DNA of 64,000 nt, taken from NCBI GenBank assembly GCA_963845565.1, contig CAWJSJ010000002.1, positions 192,001 to 256,000 on the forward strand, given 5' to 3'. Source of the stretch: an uncultured Methylomirabilota bacterium. GTDB taxonomy: Bacteria > Methylomirabilota > Methylomirabilia > Methylomirabilales > 2-02-FULL-66-22. Below the pieces are notes generated by a model that made no database searches, was not told where the DNA came from, and was given only the letters and a program-made list of their open reading frames with translations. The position numbers were made by a program, and so were the translations under genes. Every line of letters begins with the position of its first letter. Position 1 is the first letter of the stretch. Positions 22,199 through 32,184 of the stretch are shown here, in pieces.

Positions 22199-23131
22199 AT
22201 GTCCCCTTCTCGTGAGCCGTCTTCGGAGTCCGGAGGCAAGCTGTCCATCGGCGCGCTGTCGCGGGCCACCGGAATCCCGATCGAGACGCTGCGTACCTGG
22301 GAGGCGCGGTACGGCTACCCGGTTCCGGAGCGTAAACCCTCCGGGCATCGCGTGTACCTCCTGACCAGCATCCCGCGGCTCCGACGCATCGCGGAAGCCC
22401 TGGCGCGCGGCCACCGGGCCGGGGATGTGGTCACGGCTTCCGACCAGACCCTCGCCGACCTGTTGGCTGCAACCAGCGTCACCGCGGCAGTCGCTCGGCC
22501 CACGACGGGCATGGTCCCCGGCGGGCCGTCCGACCTTCTGCATGCGATCCAGGCGTTCGATGCGGCCGGCCTTACCCGGACGCTCCTGCAGGATTGGGCA
22601 CGGCTTGGCCCCCTCGACTTCCTGAACACCCGGATCGCTCCCGCCATCCGGGAGATCGGCGACGCCTGGGAAGGTGGCCGTCTCGAGATCCGCCACGAAC
22701 ATTTCTTCTCCGAAAAGGTCGGCGACCTGTTGCGCAGTCTTCGGCTTCCGTTCGAGGAGCGCGGCCACGGCCCGCTGGTGGTGTGCTCCTCGCTCCCAGG
22801 CGAGCGGCACGCCCTCGGCCTCCAGATGGCGACCCTGGTGCTTTCCACCGCCGGCTGCCGCACCTTGTTCTTGGGTACGGAAGTCCCGGCCGCGCAGATT
22901 GCCTCTCTCGCCAGAGACCTCAACGCCCGGGCGGTGGCCGTCAGCGTCTCCCGGGCCTCGCGCGGAGCGGCCATGACCGCCCAGATCTCCAGCTTGCGGC
23001 GGTCGGTGCCACGCCGCGTCGGTCTGGTCGTTGGCGGGGACGGTGCGCCCCGGCCTCGGCCCGGCATAGCCGTGATCCAGGATCTCGCCGAGCTGGATAC
23101 CTGGGGACGGCGCTTGGCCGTTCCGGCCTAG
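22199..23131 (+). CDS. carH: MerR-family cobalamin-binding transcriptional regulator (CarH/LitR-type photoreceptor)
   Basis: MerR HTH (TLRTWEARYG), W-x9-EH (WEGGRLEIRHEH), ExHxxG (GERHALG), SxS and VGG B12-binding motifs. Confidence 0.8.
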   Translation: MSPSREPSSESGGKLSIGALSRATGIPIETLRTWEARYGYPVPERKPSGHRVYLLTSIPRLRRIAEALARGHRAGDVVTASDQTLADLLAATSVTAAVARPTTGMVPGGPSDLLHAIQAFDAAGLTRTLLQDWARLGPLDFLNTRIAPAIREIGDAWEGGRLEIRHEHFFSEKVGDLLRSLRLPFEERGHGPLVVCSSLPGERHALGLQMATLVLSTAGCRTLFLGTEVPAAQIASLARDLNARAVAVSVSRASRGAAMTAQISSLRRSVPRRVGLVVGGDGAPRPRPGIAVIQDLAELDTWGRRLAVPA

Positions 23132-23153
23132 ACGACACAGAAGGGCGGAGACG

Positions 23154-24579
23154 TTGACGAGGCTGCGCTACCGACGGCATACCCGGATCGCCGCCCCGGC
23201 AGCGGACGTGTTTACCTGGCACGCCCGCCCCGGCGCCCTGGAGCGGCTCACCCCGCCCTGGGAGCAGCGTCACGGTGGAGAGTCGGACGGGCGGCGTCGA
23301 GGCGGGCGCGCGGGTTGTCCTGCGCGTAGAAGCCGGACCGGTCCGGCTTCGCTGGATCGCCGTCCACGACGACGTCATCCCCGGCCGCCAGTTCTGTGAC
23401 CGGCAGGCCCAGGGGCCGTTCCGATACTGGCGGCACCGACACCGCTTCGAGCCGGAGGGGACGTCCGCCTGCCGGCTCGAGGATGACGTCGAATACGCGT
23501 TGCCATTGGGATGGCTCGGGAGTATCGTGGCTGGAGGAAGCATCCATGAAAAGCTCGATCGGATGTTCGCCTATCGCCACGCCGTCACCAAGGCGGACAT
23601 CGAGACGCACGTTGCTCGTGAGGGGCGCCGGGCCATGCATGTCGCCGTCACCGGATCGCGGGGCCTCGTCGGGTCGGCCCTGGTCCCCTTCCTCACGACG
23701 GGTGATCACCGAGTAACCCGCCTGGTCCGCAGGGCGCCTGTCGGCCCCAACGAGGTCGCCTGGGATCCCGCGCGCGGCATGACCGATCTGTCCCGCCTCG
23801 AGGGGGTGGATGCGGTGGTCCATCTGGCCGGGGAGAACATCGCCGCGGGGCGCTGGACACCGGCTCGCAAGGCGGAGATCCGGCGAAGCCGCGTGGAAGG
23901 GACGCGCAGCCTGTGCGAGGCACTGGCCCGCCTGGCACATCCCCCGAAGGTCCTCGTGAGCGCCTCCGCCGTCGGTTTCTACGGAGACCGGGGCGACCAG
24001 ACCCTGACCGAAGAGAGCGGCGCGGGGAATGGCTTCCTGCCCGACGTCTGCCGCGAATGGGAGGCGGCCACCGAGCCGGCATCCCGGGCCGGCATCCGGG
24101 TGGTCAATCTCCGATTCGGCATGATCCTCAGCCCCGCCGGGGGCGCCCTTCGAAAAATGCTCCTGCCCTTCAGGCTGGGGGCGGGTGGGAGGGTCGGCAA
24201 TGGCCGGCAGTTTATGAGCTGGATTGCGCTCGACGACGCCATCGCGGCCATCCATCACTGCCTCTGCGAGGAGTCGGTCCGGGGACCGGTCAACCTGGCG
24301 GCGCCGGGACCGGTGACCAACGCCGACTTCACCCGCATCCTCGCCCGGGTGCTCCGACGGCCCGCCGTGATCCCGCTCCCGGCCTTCGCGGCCCGGCTGC
24401 TCTTCGGCGAGATGGCCGACGCCCTGCTCCTCGCCGGCGCGCGCGTCCTGCCCGCTCGACTCCAGGCGTCAGGGTATCGGTTCCGGTATCCGGATCTTGA
24501 GTCGGCCTTGCGGCATCTGCTCGGCCGGCGGGAAAAGGGACAACTCGGCAACTCGGCAATTGGGCAAGTAGGCAATTAG
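23154..24579 (+). CDS. SRPBCC domain + TIGR01777-family oxidoreductase fusion (frameshift near 23270)
   Basis: VFTWHARPGALERLTPPW and GPFRYWRHRHRF, then VAVTGSRGLVG, VHLAGENI, SASAVGFYG. Confidence 0.85.
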
Positions 24580-24665
24580 GAAAGGCGGAGGCGCAGGCCC
24601 CAATTCCCCGAATTGCCGAGTCGCCGAGTCGCCCAATTGCCTAATCGCCCAATTGCCCAGTTGCC
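24539..24665. repeat. Inverted pair of 8-bp tandem arrays (GGCAAYTN x5 / NARTYGCC x7-8)
   Basis: ggcaactc-ggcaattg-ggcaagta-ggcaatta, ~22-nt spacer, then gagtcgcc-caattgcc-taatcgcc-cagttgcc. Confidence 0.85.
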
Positions 24666-24702
24666 GGCCCGCGTGCAAAACGAGATGCTCCACGGTGAAA
24701 CG

Positions 24703-26199
24703 ATGGACCGCGACCGCATTCGCACCCCACCAGAGCGAATCAGGCGCCTGAACGACCGGCCGGAACGGTCGCGGGCGGATTACGTCCTGTATTGGGTCCA
24801 GATGTACCACCGGGCGGAGCAGAACTGGGCTCTGACGGCGGCCATCGAGGAGGCGAACCGTCTCGCACTGCCCGTCGTGGCGTATCAGGGGCTGGGGCAC
24901 ACCTACCCGCAGGCCAACGACCGGCTCCACCGGTTCATCCTGGAAGGGGTCGCGGAACTCCCGGAGCGGTTCGCGCGACGCGGCATCCGCTACCACTTCT
25001 ATCTGCGCCGACGCGCGACGGACCCGAACGACCTGCTGTACCGCTTGGCGCAACGGGCTGCCTTGGTGGTGACGGATGACTTCCCCGCCTTCTTCATCCC
25101 CGATCAAACCGCCCGCGTCGCCGGCAAGCTGGACGTCGCCATGTCGGCGGTGGACAGTAACGGCATCGTGCCCTTGGCGGCGATCCCAGGGGAGCAATAC
25201 GGCGCCTACACGCTTCGCCCCCGGATACGGCGGCTGCTCCCCGACCACCTCGGTCCCGTGCCGGAACCGTCCGTTATGCGCGATAGTCTGGACCTTCGCC
25301 TTGATGGCCCCGGGACTCAGGTGGCGCTCGACTCGCTCGACTCCTTGATCGCGGGCTGCGCCATCGATCACGATGTCCGACCGTCCTCCGTCTATCGCGG
25401 AGGGTACCGCGAGGCGCGGGAACGGCTTGCCCGATTCATCGCCGGTCCGCTGGACGGCTATGGCACGGCACGCAACCAGCCGGGCGCCGAGACGACATCG
25501 CGGCTGAGCCCGTACCTGCATTTCGGCCAGATCTCCCCGCAAGAAGTCGCCCTGGCCGTCCGGGACGCCACCGGCGCCCCCCGGGAGCATCGGGACGCGT
25601 TCCTGGAGGAGTTGATCGTGCGCCGGGAGCTGGGGTACAATTTCTGCCGGTTCAATCCGAACCATCGAACCCTGGACGCGCTCCCCGCGTGGGCGAAGGC
25701 CACGCTCTCCGCGCACGCGGCTGATCCGCGACCCCACCTGTATGCGCCGGAGGATTTCGAGAACGCCAAGACTCATGATTATCTCTGGAACGCGATCCAG
25801 GCCGAACTGCTGACCACCGGTCTCATGTTCGGCTACTACCGGATGTACTGGGGCAAGAAGATCATCGAGTGGAGCCGCACCCCGGCCGACGCGCAGGCGA
25901 TCATGATCGGCCTGCACGAGAAGTATGCCCTGGACGGCCGGAATGCCAACACCTACAGCAACATCCTCTGGTGTTTCGGCAAGCACGACCGCCCCTGGTT
26001 CGAGCGTCCGGTGTTCGGCAAGGTGCGCTATATGTCGCTCGGCGGGATGGAGTCGAAGACCAACGTCGCATCGTATGTGGACCGGGTTAACCGCTGGTGC
26101 GCGGAGGCCGGCCGGCCGGACCTGTGCGTGCAGGCACCCGTGAAGCCGACACGGACGAAGCGCAATTCTGAAAGGAGGAGTCCTCATGCCCCGCGTTGA
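24703..26199 (+). CDS. phrB: Deoxyribodipyrimidine photolyase, class II CPD type
   Basis: YVLYW, SRLSPYLHFGQIS, EELIVRREL..NF, RMYWGKKIIEW, YALDGR motifs. Confidence 0.9.
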   Translation: MDRDRIRTPPERIRRLNDRPERSRADYVLYWVQMYHRAEQNWALTAAIEEANRLALPVVAYQGLGHTYPQANDRLHRFILEGVAELPERFARRGIRYHFYLRRRATDPNDLLYRLAQRAALVVTDDFPAFFIPDQTARVAGKLDVAMSAVDSNGIVPLAAIPGEQYGAYTLRPRIRRLLPDHLGPVPEPSVMRDSLDLRLDGPGTQVALDSLDSLIAGCAIDHDVRPSSVYRGGYREARERLARFIAGPLDGYGTARNQPGAETTSRLSPYLHFGQISPQEVALAVRDATGAPREHRDAFLEELIVRRELGYNFCRFNPNHRTLDALPAWAKATLSAHAADPRPHLYAPEDFENAKTHDYLWNAIQAELLTTGLMFGYYRMYWGKKIIEWSRTPADAQAIMIGLHEKYALDGRNANTYSNILWCFGKHDRPWFERPVFGKVRYMSLGGMESKTNVASYVDRVNRWCAEAGRPDLCVQAPVKPTRTKRNSERRSPHAPR

Positions 26200-26533
26200 C
26201 TGGAGCTATCACCGCCCCGGGTGAAAGACCTGCGCCAAGACGCAAGAGTTTCTTGCGAAGAAGAAGGTCGAGACCGTGACGCAGGTGGACGCCAAGAAGA
26301 CGACGCTGAAGGAGGCAGAGGCCCTGGCGCTGGTCCGGGAGGTGGACGAGATCTACGCCAGCAAGGGAAAGCAGGTCGTGCATCTCGACCTCCGGAAGGA
26401 GAAGCCGGACAAGGCCGCCCTCCTGGGTCTGCTGCTCGGGCCGACGGGAAATCTGCGGGCGCCGACGCTGCGGAAAGGGCGGACGCTCCTCGTCGGTTTC
26501 GACGAGGTGTCCTACGCCGCAGTCCTGAAGTAG
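26186..26533 (+). CDS. ArsC/glutaredoxin-like selenoprotein with UxxC motif (TGA 26222-26224 read as Sec)
   Basis: AAGGAGGAG RBS; MPRVDWSYHRPG-TGA-KTC continues in frame into LGPTGNLRAPT...LLVGF; SECIS-like hairpin 26241-26257. Confidence 0.85.
26241..26257 (+). promoter_or_regulatory. Putative bacterial SECIS hairpin
   Basis: CGCAAGA-GTT-TCTTGCG, 16 nt after the in-frame TGA, G in apical loop. Confidence 0.6.
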
Positions 26534-26542
26534 GAGAACGGT

Positions 26543-27040
26543 ATGCTCCACCGCGAGGCCCGGCGAAATCCGGCGTGGCAGGCTCTCGTCTTGGGCCTCT
26601 TCTACCTGGTGTGTTTCCTGGCCGCGGGCCTGGGCTCGCTGTTCACCATGGCCTCTGTCGGGGGCTGGTACACCACGCTCGTCAAGCCGTCGTGGCGCCC
26701 CCCGGATTGGATCTTCGGGCCAGTCTGGACCGTCCTGTACGCCACCATGGCCGTCGCCGGCTGGTTGGTGTGGCGGCGGGGCGGCCTGGCGAGCGTGCCG
26801 GCCCTTCGGTGGTTCGCGGCGCAGCTCGTCCTGAACGTCGGCTGGTCGGTCGTCTTCTTCGGCCTCCGGATGCCGGGGCTGGCGTTCGCCGAGATCCTGG
26901 CGCTCTGGCTTGCCATCGCGGCGACGTTGATGACATCCTGGCGAGTGTCCCGACCCGCGGGTATCTTGCTGGTCCCGTATCTGTTGTGGGTGAGCTTCGC
27001 GACGGTCCTGAATTTCGCCATCTGGAGGCTGAACGCGTGA
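26543..27040 (+). CDS. tspO: TspO/MBR tryptophan-rich sensory protein
   Basis: WYTTLVKPSWRPPDWIFGPVWTVLY; PYLLWVSFATVLN. Confidence 0.93.
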   Translation: MLHREARRNPAWQALVLGLFYLVCFLAAGLGSLFTMASVGGWYTTLVKPSWRPPDWIFGPVWTVLYATMAVAGWLVWRRGGLASVPALRWFAAQLVLNVGWSVVFFGLRMPGLAFAEILALWLAIAATLMTSWRVSRPAGILLVPYLLWVSFATVLNFAIWRLNA

Positions 27041-28326
27041 CGCATCCGGGTGGAACGCTCGTTCCGGTGGCCATCGTAGGCGCGGGGCTGGCCGGCCTCG
27101 CCTGCGCGCGGACCCTCGCCAAGGCCGGCGTCTCCGTCACGATCCTGGAGGCGTCGGACGGCGTCGGGGGGCGCGTCCGGACGGATACGGTCGAGGGCTT
27201 TCGCCTGGACCGCGGCTTCCAGGTCTTCTTCACCGCCTATCCCGAGGCGCGGGCCGTGCTCGATTACCCGGCGCTCGATCTTCACGCCTTCGCGCCGGGC
27301 GCCCTGGTACGGGTCGACGGACGTTTCTATCGGATCATGGACCCGGCCCGCCGCCCCTTCGCCGCCCTGGCAGGGTTGTTTGCTCCGGTCGGGTCTCTCT
27401 CGGATAAGGCGAACACGCTCCGGCTTCGTCGGCAGGTTCTGTCTGCCTCCGTGGACTCCATTTTTTCCGCGCCGGAGCGGACCACGGAGGTCGCACTCAA
27501 AGAGTTCGGCTTCTCCGATCGCATCCTGGATCGCTTTTTTCGCCCGTTCTTCGGAGGGATTTTCCTTGAACGGGATCTCACGACCTCCAGCCGGATGCTC
27601 CGCTTCGTGTACCGGATGTTGGCCGAGGGCGATACGGTTCTGCCGGCCGAGGGCATGGAGGCCATCCCGCGACAGCTCGCCGCGGCCCTGCCCGAGGGCT
27701 CGATTCGCCTCCGCGCCCGCGTGACCGCCGTCGAGCCGGGCGCGGACTCCGCCCTGGTCCTCTTGGAGGGCGGGGAATGGCTGCGCGCCGGAGTCGTGGT
27801 CCTGGCAACCGAGGGCGACGCGGCGGCGGCGCTCACGGGGGCCTTCCCGGCGCCAAGGCCGCGACCGGTTGCGTGCCTCTATTTCTCCGCCGACCGCGCT
27901 CCGCTGCAGGAGCCCCTCCTCGTCCTGGATGGGGACGGCTGCGGACCCGTAAGTACCCTTGCCGTGCCAAGCCGAGTGGCGCCCAGTTACGCCCCGGCGG
28001 GCGGCCACCTGATCTCGGCCACGGTCCTGGGCGCGCCCGTCGAAAGCGACGCGGGTCTGGAGGCGCGCGTTCGCGGGCAACTCGCGGGCTGGTTCGGGAC
28101 GGCGCCGGTGGCTCGCTGGCGGTATCTTCGGACTTATCGGATTCCCTTCGCCCAGTTCGATCAATCGCCGGGCGTCCTGGAGCCCGCCCACCGCCCGGTC
28201 CGGCTCGGGCCCCGGCTCTTCGTCTGCGGCGACCATGTAGAGAACGCCTCCATCAATGGCGCCATGGCCGCCGGCCGCCGTGCAGCCGAGGCCATACTCG
28301 CCTCCCCGCAAGGAGTCCTGTCATGA
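27037..28326 (+). CDS. FAD-dependent oxidoreductase (amine oxidase/phytoene dehydrogenase-like)
   Basis: IVGAGLAGL, EASDGVGGRVRTD, LDRGFQV, CGDH..SINGAMAAG; GTGA overlap with tspO. Confidence 0.85.
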   Translation: MTHPGGTLVPVAIVGAGLAGLACARTLAKAGVSVTILEASDGVGGRVRTDTVEGFRLDRGFQVFFTAYPEARAVLDYPALDLHAFAPGALVRVDGRFYRIMDPARRPFAALAGLFAPVGSLSDKANTLRLRRQVLSASVDSIFSAPERTTEVALKEFGFSDRILDRFFRPFFGGIFLERDLTTSSRMLRFVYRMLAEGDTVLPAEGMEAIPRQLAAALPEGSIRLRARVTAVEPGADSALVLLEGGEWLRAGVVVLATEGDAAAALTGAFPAPRPRPVACLYFSADRAPLQEPLLVLDGDGCGPVSTLAVPSRVAPSYAPAGGHLISATVLGAPVESDAGLEARVRGQLAGWFGTAPVARWRYLRTYRIPFAQFDQSPGVLEPAHRPVRLGPRLFVCGDHVENASINGAMAAGRRAAEAILASPQGVLS

Positions 28327-29303
28327 CCACGCCAGCCGACGCGCCCGAAGGAGACGGCCGGCCCATCCGGGTCGGGATCAGTAGCTGCCTCCTCGGCAAC
28401 GAGGTCCGCTTCGATGGCGGCCACAAGCGGGACCGGTATCTCACGGACACCCTCGGACAGTTCTTCGAATGGGTGTCGGTCTGCCCCGAGGTCGAAATGG
28501 GCCTGGGCACGCCGCGCGAGACCCTCCGGCTCATCGGAGATGCGTCGGCCCCCCGCCTGGTGTTCGGAAAGACCCGTGGAGACCAGACCGACGGAATGCA
28601 GAACTGGTCGAAGGCGCGACTGGAGCAGCTCGCGACCGCGGATCTCTGCGGGTACATCCTGAAGAGCGACTCGCCGAGCTGTGGGATGGAGCGGGTGCGC
28701 GTCTACGGAGAAAGTGGGATGGCCAGCAAGACCGGGGTCGGCATCTACGCCCGCGCCCTGCTGGATCGCTTCCCCCTCCTGCCGGTGGAAGAGGAGGGCC
28801 GGCTCCACGACCTGCCCTTGCGCGAGAATTTCGTGGAGCGCGTCTTCTGCTACCGCCGCTGGCGCGATCTGACGGCCGGGGGCCTCACCCGGGGGAAGCT
28901 GGTGGCCTTCCATACCGCCCACAAGCTCCTGCTCATGGCCCACAGCCCCAAACACTACACGGCGCTGGGACAACTCGTGGCCGCCGCCAAGGCGCGTTCC
29001 CCGCGAGAACTGGAAGCCGAGTACGGTGCGCTCTTCATGACGGCCCTCAAGATCAAGGCGTCGGCCAAGAAGCACGTGAACGTCCTGCAGCACATCCTGG
29101 GGTACCTGAAGCGCGACCTGGACGCCAAGGACAAAACAGAACTCCTGGCCGTGTTCGGCGATTACCACAAGAACCTGGTTCCCCTGGTGGTGCCCCTGAC
29201 GCTCCTGAAGCACCACCTGGCCCGGATCCCGGTCCCGTACATCCAAGACCAGATCTATCTCCACCCTCACCCCAAGGAACTGATGCTCCGCAACCACGTG
29301 TGA
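28323..29303 (+). CDS. DUF523 + DUF1722 protein (thiouracil/thiouridine desulfidase, RudS/YbgA-like)
   Basis: GISSCLLG..VRFDGGH, VCPEVEMGLGTPRE, KSDSPSCG, HVNVLQHILGY. Confidence 0.9.
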   Translation: MTTPADAPEGDGRPIRVGISSCLLGNEVRFDGGHKRDRYLTDTLGQFFEWVSVCPEVEMGLGTPRETLRLIGDASAPRLVFGKTRGDQTDGMQNWSKARLEQLATADLCGYILKSDSPSCGMERVRVYGESGMASKTGVGIYARALLDRFPLLPVEEEGRLHDLPLRENFVERVFCYRRWRDLTAGGLTRGKLVAFHTAHKLLLMAHSPKHYTALGQLVAAAKARSPRELEAEYGALFMTALKIKASAKKHVNVLQHILGYLKRDLDAKDKTELLAVFGDYHKNLVPLVVPLTLLKHHLARIPVPYIQDQIYLHPHPKELMLRNHV

Positions 29304-29317
29304 GGTCTGCGCACGCC

Positions 29318-30790
29318 ATGAGCGACGGGATACGTCCGGGAGAAAACGAGGGAGAGGTAGGGACACGCTGTGCACTGGCGCGCGCCGCCCAAGAGGAATG
29401 GAGCGCGCGTCCACTCGCCGCGCGCGTCCGGGTCATCGAGGGAGCCGCCCGACTGCTCGCCGGGGAGGCGCCTCGTCTCGCCGCGCTGCTGTCCGAGGCG
29501 TCCGGGCAAGCGCCCGCGGCCCTGTGGAGCGCGGAGATCCTGCCCACCCTGGACGCCCTGCGCTGGCTGGCGCGCGTTGGGGCTCGGCATCTCGCGCCGC
29601 AGCCGCTCCGGCGGTCGCGCCTGCAGTGGTATGTCCGCGCCACCCGTCACACACTCACCTGGGATCCTTTCGGTGTGGTGGGGGTGATCACGCCGGGAAA
29701 CGCCCCGCTCTTTCTGTCCGTCCCCCAGGTTGCGGCCGCTCTGCTGGCAGGGAACGGCGTCCTCTGGAAGCCGGCGCCGGCCGGCGATGCGCTCGCCGTC
29801 CTTGCGGCCTCCGCCTTCCGGCAAGCCGGCCTGCCCGAAGACCTCCTCCAGGTGGTCCAGGGCGGGGCGGAGGCCGCGCGGTCCGTGGTCGAGGTTGGCG
29901 TGGACAAGCTGTTCTTCACGGGAGGCTCGGCGGCAGGCCTCAGCCTGTACCGCCTGCAGGCCGAGCGGGGTCGGCCTGCCGTCCTGGAGCTTTCCGGCCG
30001 CCACGTCGCGGTGGTGCTCGCCGACGCGGACCTGACCATGGCGGCGCGCGGGATCACCTGGGGGAAGCTGGCCAACCGGGGGCGGAACTGCATCTCCGTC
30101 CAGCTGGTTCTGGTGGCGCGGCCGGCCTATGCGGACTTCCTTGCACGGGCCGGCAATGCGATGGCCGTTGCGGCGGCGGCGCCCGACCTCGGCCCTCCGA
30201 ATCCGAGTGGGCTGGCGCGCCTCCGTCGGCTGACGGAGGAGGCCGTGGAGCGCGGCGCACGCCTGATCTGCGGCAATGGCACGGGGCCCACGCTCCTCGC
30301 GGACGTTGCGCCCGGCATGTGGGTCGTGGACGAAGAGATTCAGGGGCCGATCCTGACGGCGGCGCCGGTGGACTCGGAAGCGGAGGCGATCGCCTGGATC
30401 AACCGGGGCGCCTACCGGCTCTCCGCCAGCCTGTGGTCGGCTGACCCTGTGCGGGCGCGCCACATGGCGGCGAGGCTGGACGTCGGACAGGTCTGGATCA
30501 ACGACGCCCTGCATCCGGTCGCCCAGCCCGCCGTTCCGCTGGTCGGTCGCGGGCAGAGCGGCTTCGGCGCCAGCCGCGGCCTGGCGGGCCTGCTGGAGAT
30601 GGTCCAGCCGAAGGTGACCTCCGAGACGCCCGTGCGCGCGGCGCGGCGCCACTACGACCCCATCCCCCCGGCAGGCGCCGACCTGTTCCGGGAGACGGTC
30701 GCGGTGGCCTTCGCCTCCGGCGCGAAGTCCCGCCTTGCCGGCCTGGGCCGGCTGCTGCGAACCCTGATCGGACTGGTGGGGGCGCGATGA
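29318..30790 (+). CDS. Aldehyde dehydrogenase (possible carotenoid-aldehyde oxidase, AldH-like)
   Basis: GVVGVITPGN, FFTGG, ELSG, NRGRNC, EEIQGP; directly upstream of carotenoid-type genes. Confidence 0.8.
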   Translation: MSDGIRPGENEGEVGTRCALARAAQEEWSARPLAARVRVIEGAARLLAGEAPRLAALLSEASGQAPAALWSAEILPTLDALRWLARVGARHLAPQPLRRSRLQWYVRATRHTLTWDPFGVVGVITPGNAPLFLSVPQVAAALLAGNGVLWKPAPAGDALAVLAASAFRQAGLPEDLLQVVQGGAEAARSVVEVGVDKLFFTGGSAAGLSLYRLQAERGRPAVLELSGRHVAVVLADADLTMAARGITWGKLANRGRNCISVQLVLVARPAYADFLARAGNAMAVAAAAPDLGPPNPSGLARLRRLTEEAVERGARLICGNGTGPTLLADVAPGMWVVDEEIQGPILTAAPVDSEAEAIAWINRGAYRLSASLWSADPVRARHMAARLDVGQVWINDALHPVAQPAVPLVGRGQSGFGASRGLAGLLEMVQPKVTSETPVRAARRHYDPIPPAGADLFRETVAVAFASGAKSRLAGLGRLLRTLIGLVGAR

Positions 30791-32184
30791 GCCGGATCGT
30801 CGTCGTCGGGGCGGGGTTTGCCGGGCTGACCGCAGGGGCCGTCCTGGCAGCCCGGGGTCATGCGGTGACCGTCGTGGAGGCTGGCCCGACGGTCGGCGGC
30901 CTGGCGTGCCGCATGACGGCGGCCGGGGCCCGCGTGGATCTCGGCCCCACCATCCTCACCGATCTCACCCCCCTTCGACTCCTCGCGGAGCGGCTCGGCG
31001 CCTCCCTGGAGAGCTTGGCAGCTGTCAGGCGGCTCGACCCTGGCTTTGTGGCCACGTTCCCCGGCGGGATCGCCCTCCCGTTCCATACGGACCCGACCCG
31101 CGTGCGATCCGCCCTTGCAGCCCTGGGACCCGAGGCGGCGACGGACTGGGAGCGGGTTCGCGATCTCGGATCACGCGCGCTGCGGCTCGCCGAGCACTAT
31201 TATTCCCGCGGCGACATCAGCGGACCGCGCGATCTGGTGGGGTTTCTCATGGGAGGCGGCATCGCCCTGGGCGACGTCATGCCGTTCCTCCGCCATGGCT
31301 CGCTCGCCCGCCTGCTCAGCGCCACCGTTCACACCCCGGCCCTGCGGACGCTCCTCGGTCATTTCGCACGGCTCATGGGGGCGGATGCCGAGACCGCGCC
31401 GGCCGTCTCCCTGGTGATTCCCCATCTCCTCACCCAGCTCGGCGTCTGGTACCCAGACGGCGGCATCGCGGCACTGGCGGAGACGGTGGGCCGTCTGGCC
31501 GAAAAGCACGGGGCGTCCCTGCGGCTCGGCGAGGCCGTGGAAGGGCTGGAGACCTCAGGCGGCCGGGTGACTGCCGCCCGGACGGCGGGCGGGCGCCTGC
31601 CGACCGACGCGTGCGTGTGCGCCGTGGACCTCGCCACCACGGCCCGCTGGATCGGCACCGGTCGTCTCGGACGGCTGGCAGCACGGCTCCGACCGGCCCG
31701 GACGGCGCGTGTCGCCTGGTGGCTGGTGGAGGGTCGGCCGCCCGTCGCCATCCATCATGCGTACCACTTCGGGGCGGACCGCGCCACCGAGCCGCTCTAT
31801 GTGGCCGTCCCCACCCTGACCGACCCGTCCCTGGCGCCGGAGGGGGCCAGCATCGTGTACGCGCTCCGCCACTGTCCGGCGAACCAGCCGCAGGCGCCGG
31901 AGTTTGCCCAGGTTCTGCAGGCGGCTGTCGCTGCGGCCGATCAGTGGCCGGGCGGGCGCGTTCTCGCCTCGGGCCTCTTCACCGACGCGACGAGCTGTTA
32001 CGGTTATGCGGTCGGTGCAAACCTGTTCTCGGCCCGCCACCCGTCCCAGCGCGTTCCGGGGTTCGACAACCTGATCCTGGCCGGAAAGAGCGTCTTCCCG
32101 GGCCCCGGCGTCGCCAACGTCATGCGTTCCGGCCTGCGGGCCGCGGATCTCGCCGAGACCGCCGCGCGCGGGAGCGCCCGATGA
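30787..32184 (+). CDS. Divergent phytoene desaturase-family protein (CrtP/CrtNb-like by context)
   Basis: VVVGAGFAGL, VDLGPTIL, WYPDGG, LAGKSVFPGPGV. Confidence 0.7.
   Translation: MSRIVVVGAGFAGLTAGAVLAARGHAVTVVEAGPTVGGLACRMTAAGARVDLGPTILTDLTPLRLLAERLGASLESLAAVRRLDPGFVATFPGGIALPFHTDPTRVRSALAALGPEAATDWERVRDLGSRALRLAEHYYSRGDISGPRDLVGFLMGGGIALGDVMPFLRHGSLARLLSATVHTPALRTLLGHFARLMGADAETAPAVSLVIPHLLTQLGVWYPDGGIAALAETVGRLAEKHGASLRLGEAVEGLETSGGRVTAARTAGGRLPTDACVCAVDLATTARWIGTGRLGRLAARLRPARTARVAWWLVEGRPPVAIHHAYHFGADRATEPLYVAVPTLTDPSLAPEGASIVYALRHCPANQPQAPEFAQVLQAAVAAADQWPGGRVLASGLFTDATSCYGYAVGANLFSARHPSQRVPGFDNLILAGKSVFPGPGVANVMRSGLRAADLAETAARGSAR

Noticed and set aside
26221..27036. N-terminal extension of the 701-aa ORF
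   Set aside because: Overlaps the selenoprotein and tspO in other frames; the FAD-binding motif starts after GTG 27037
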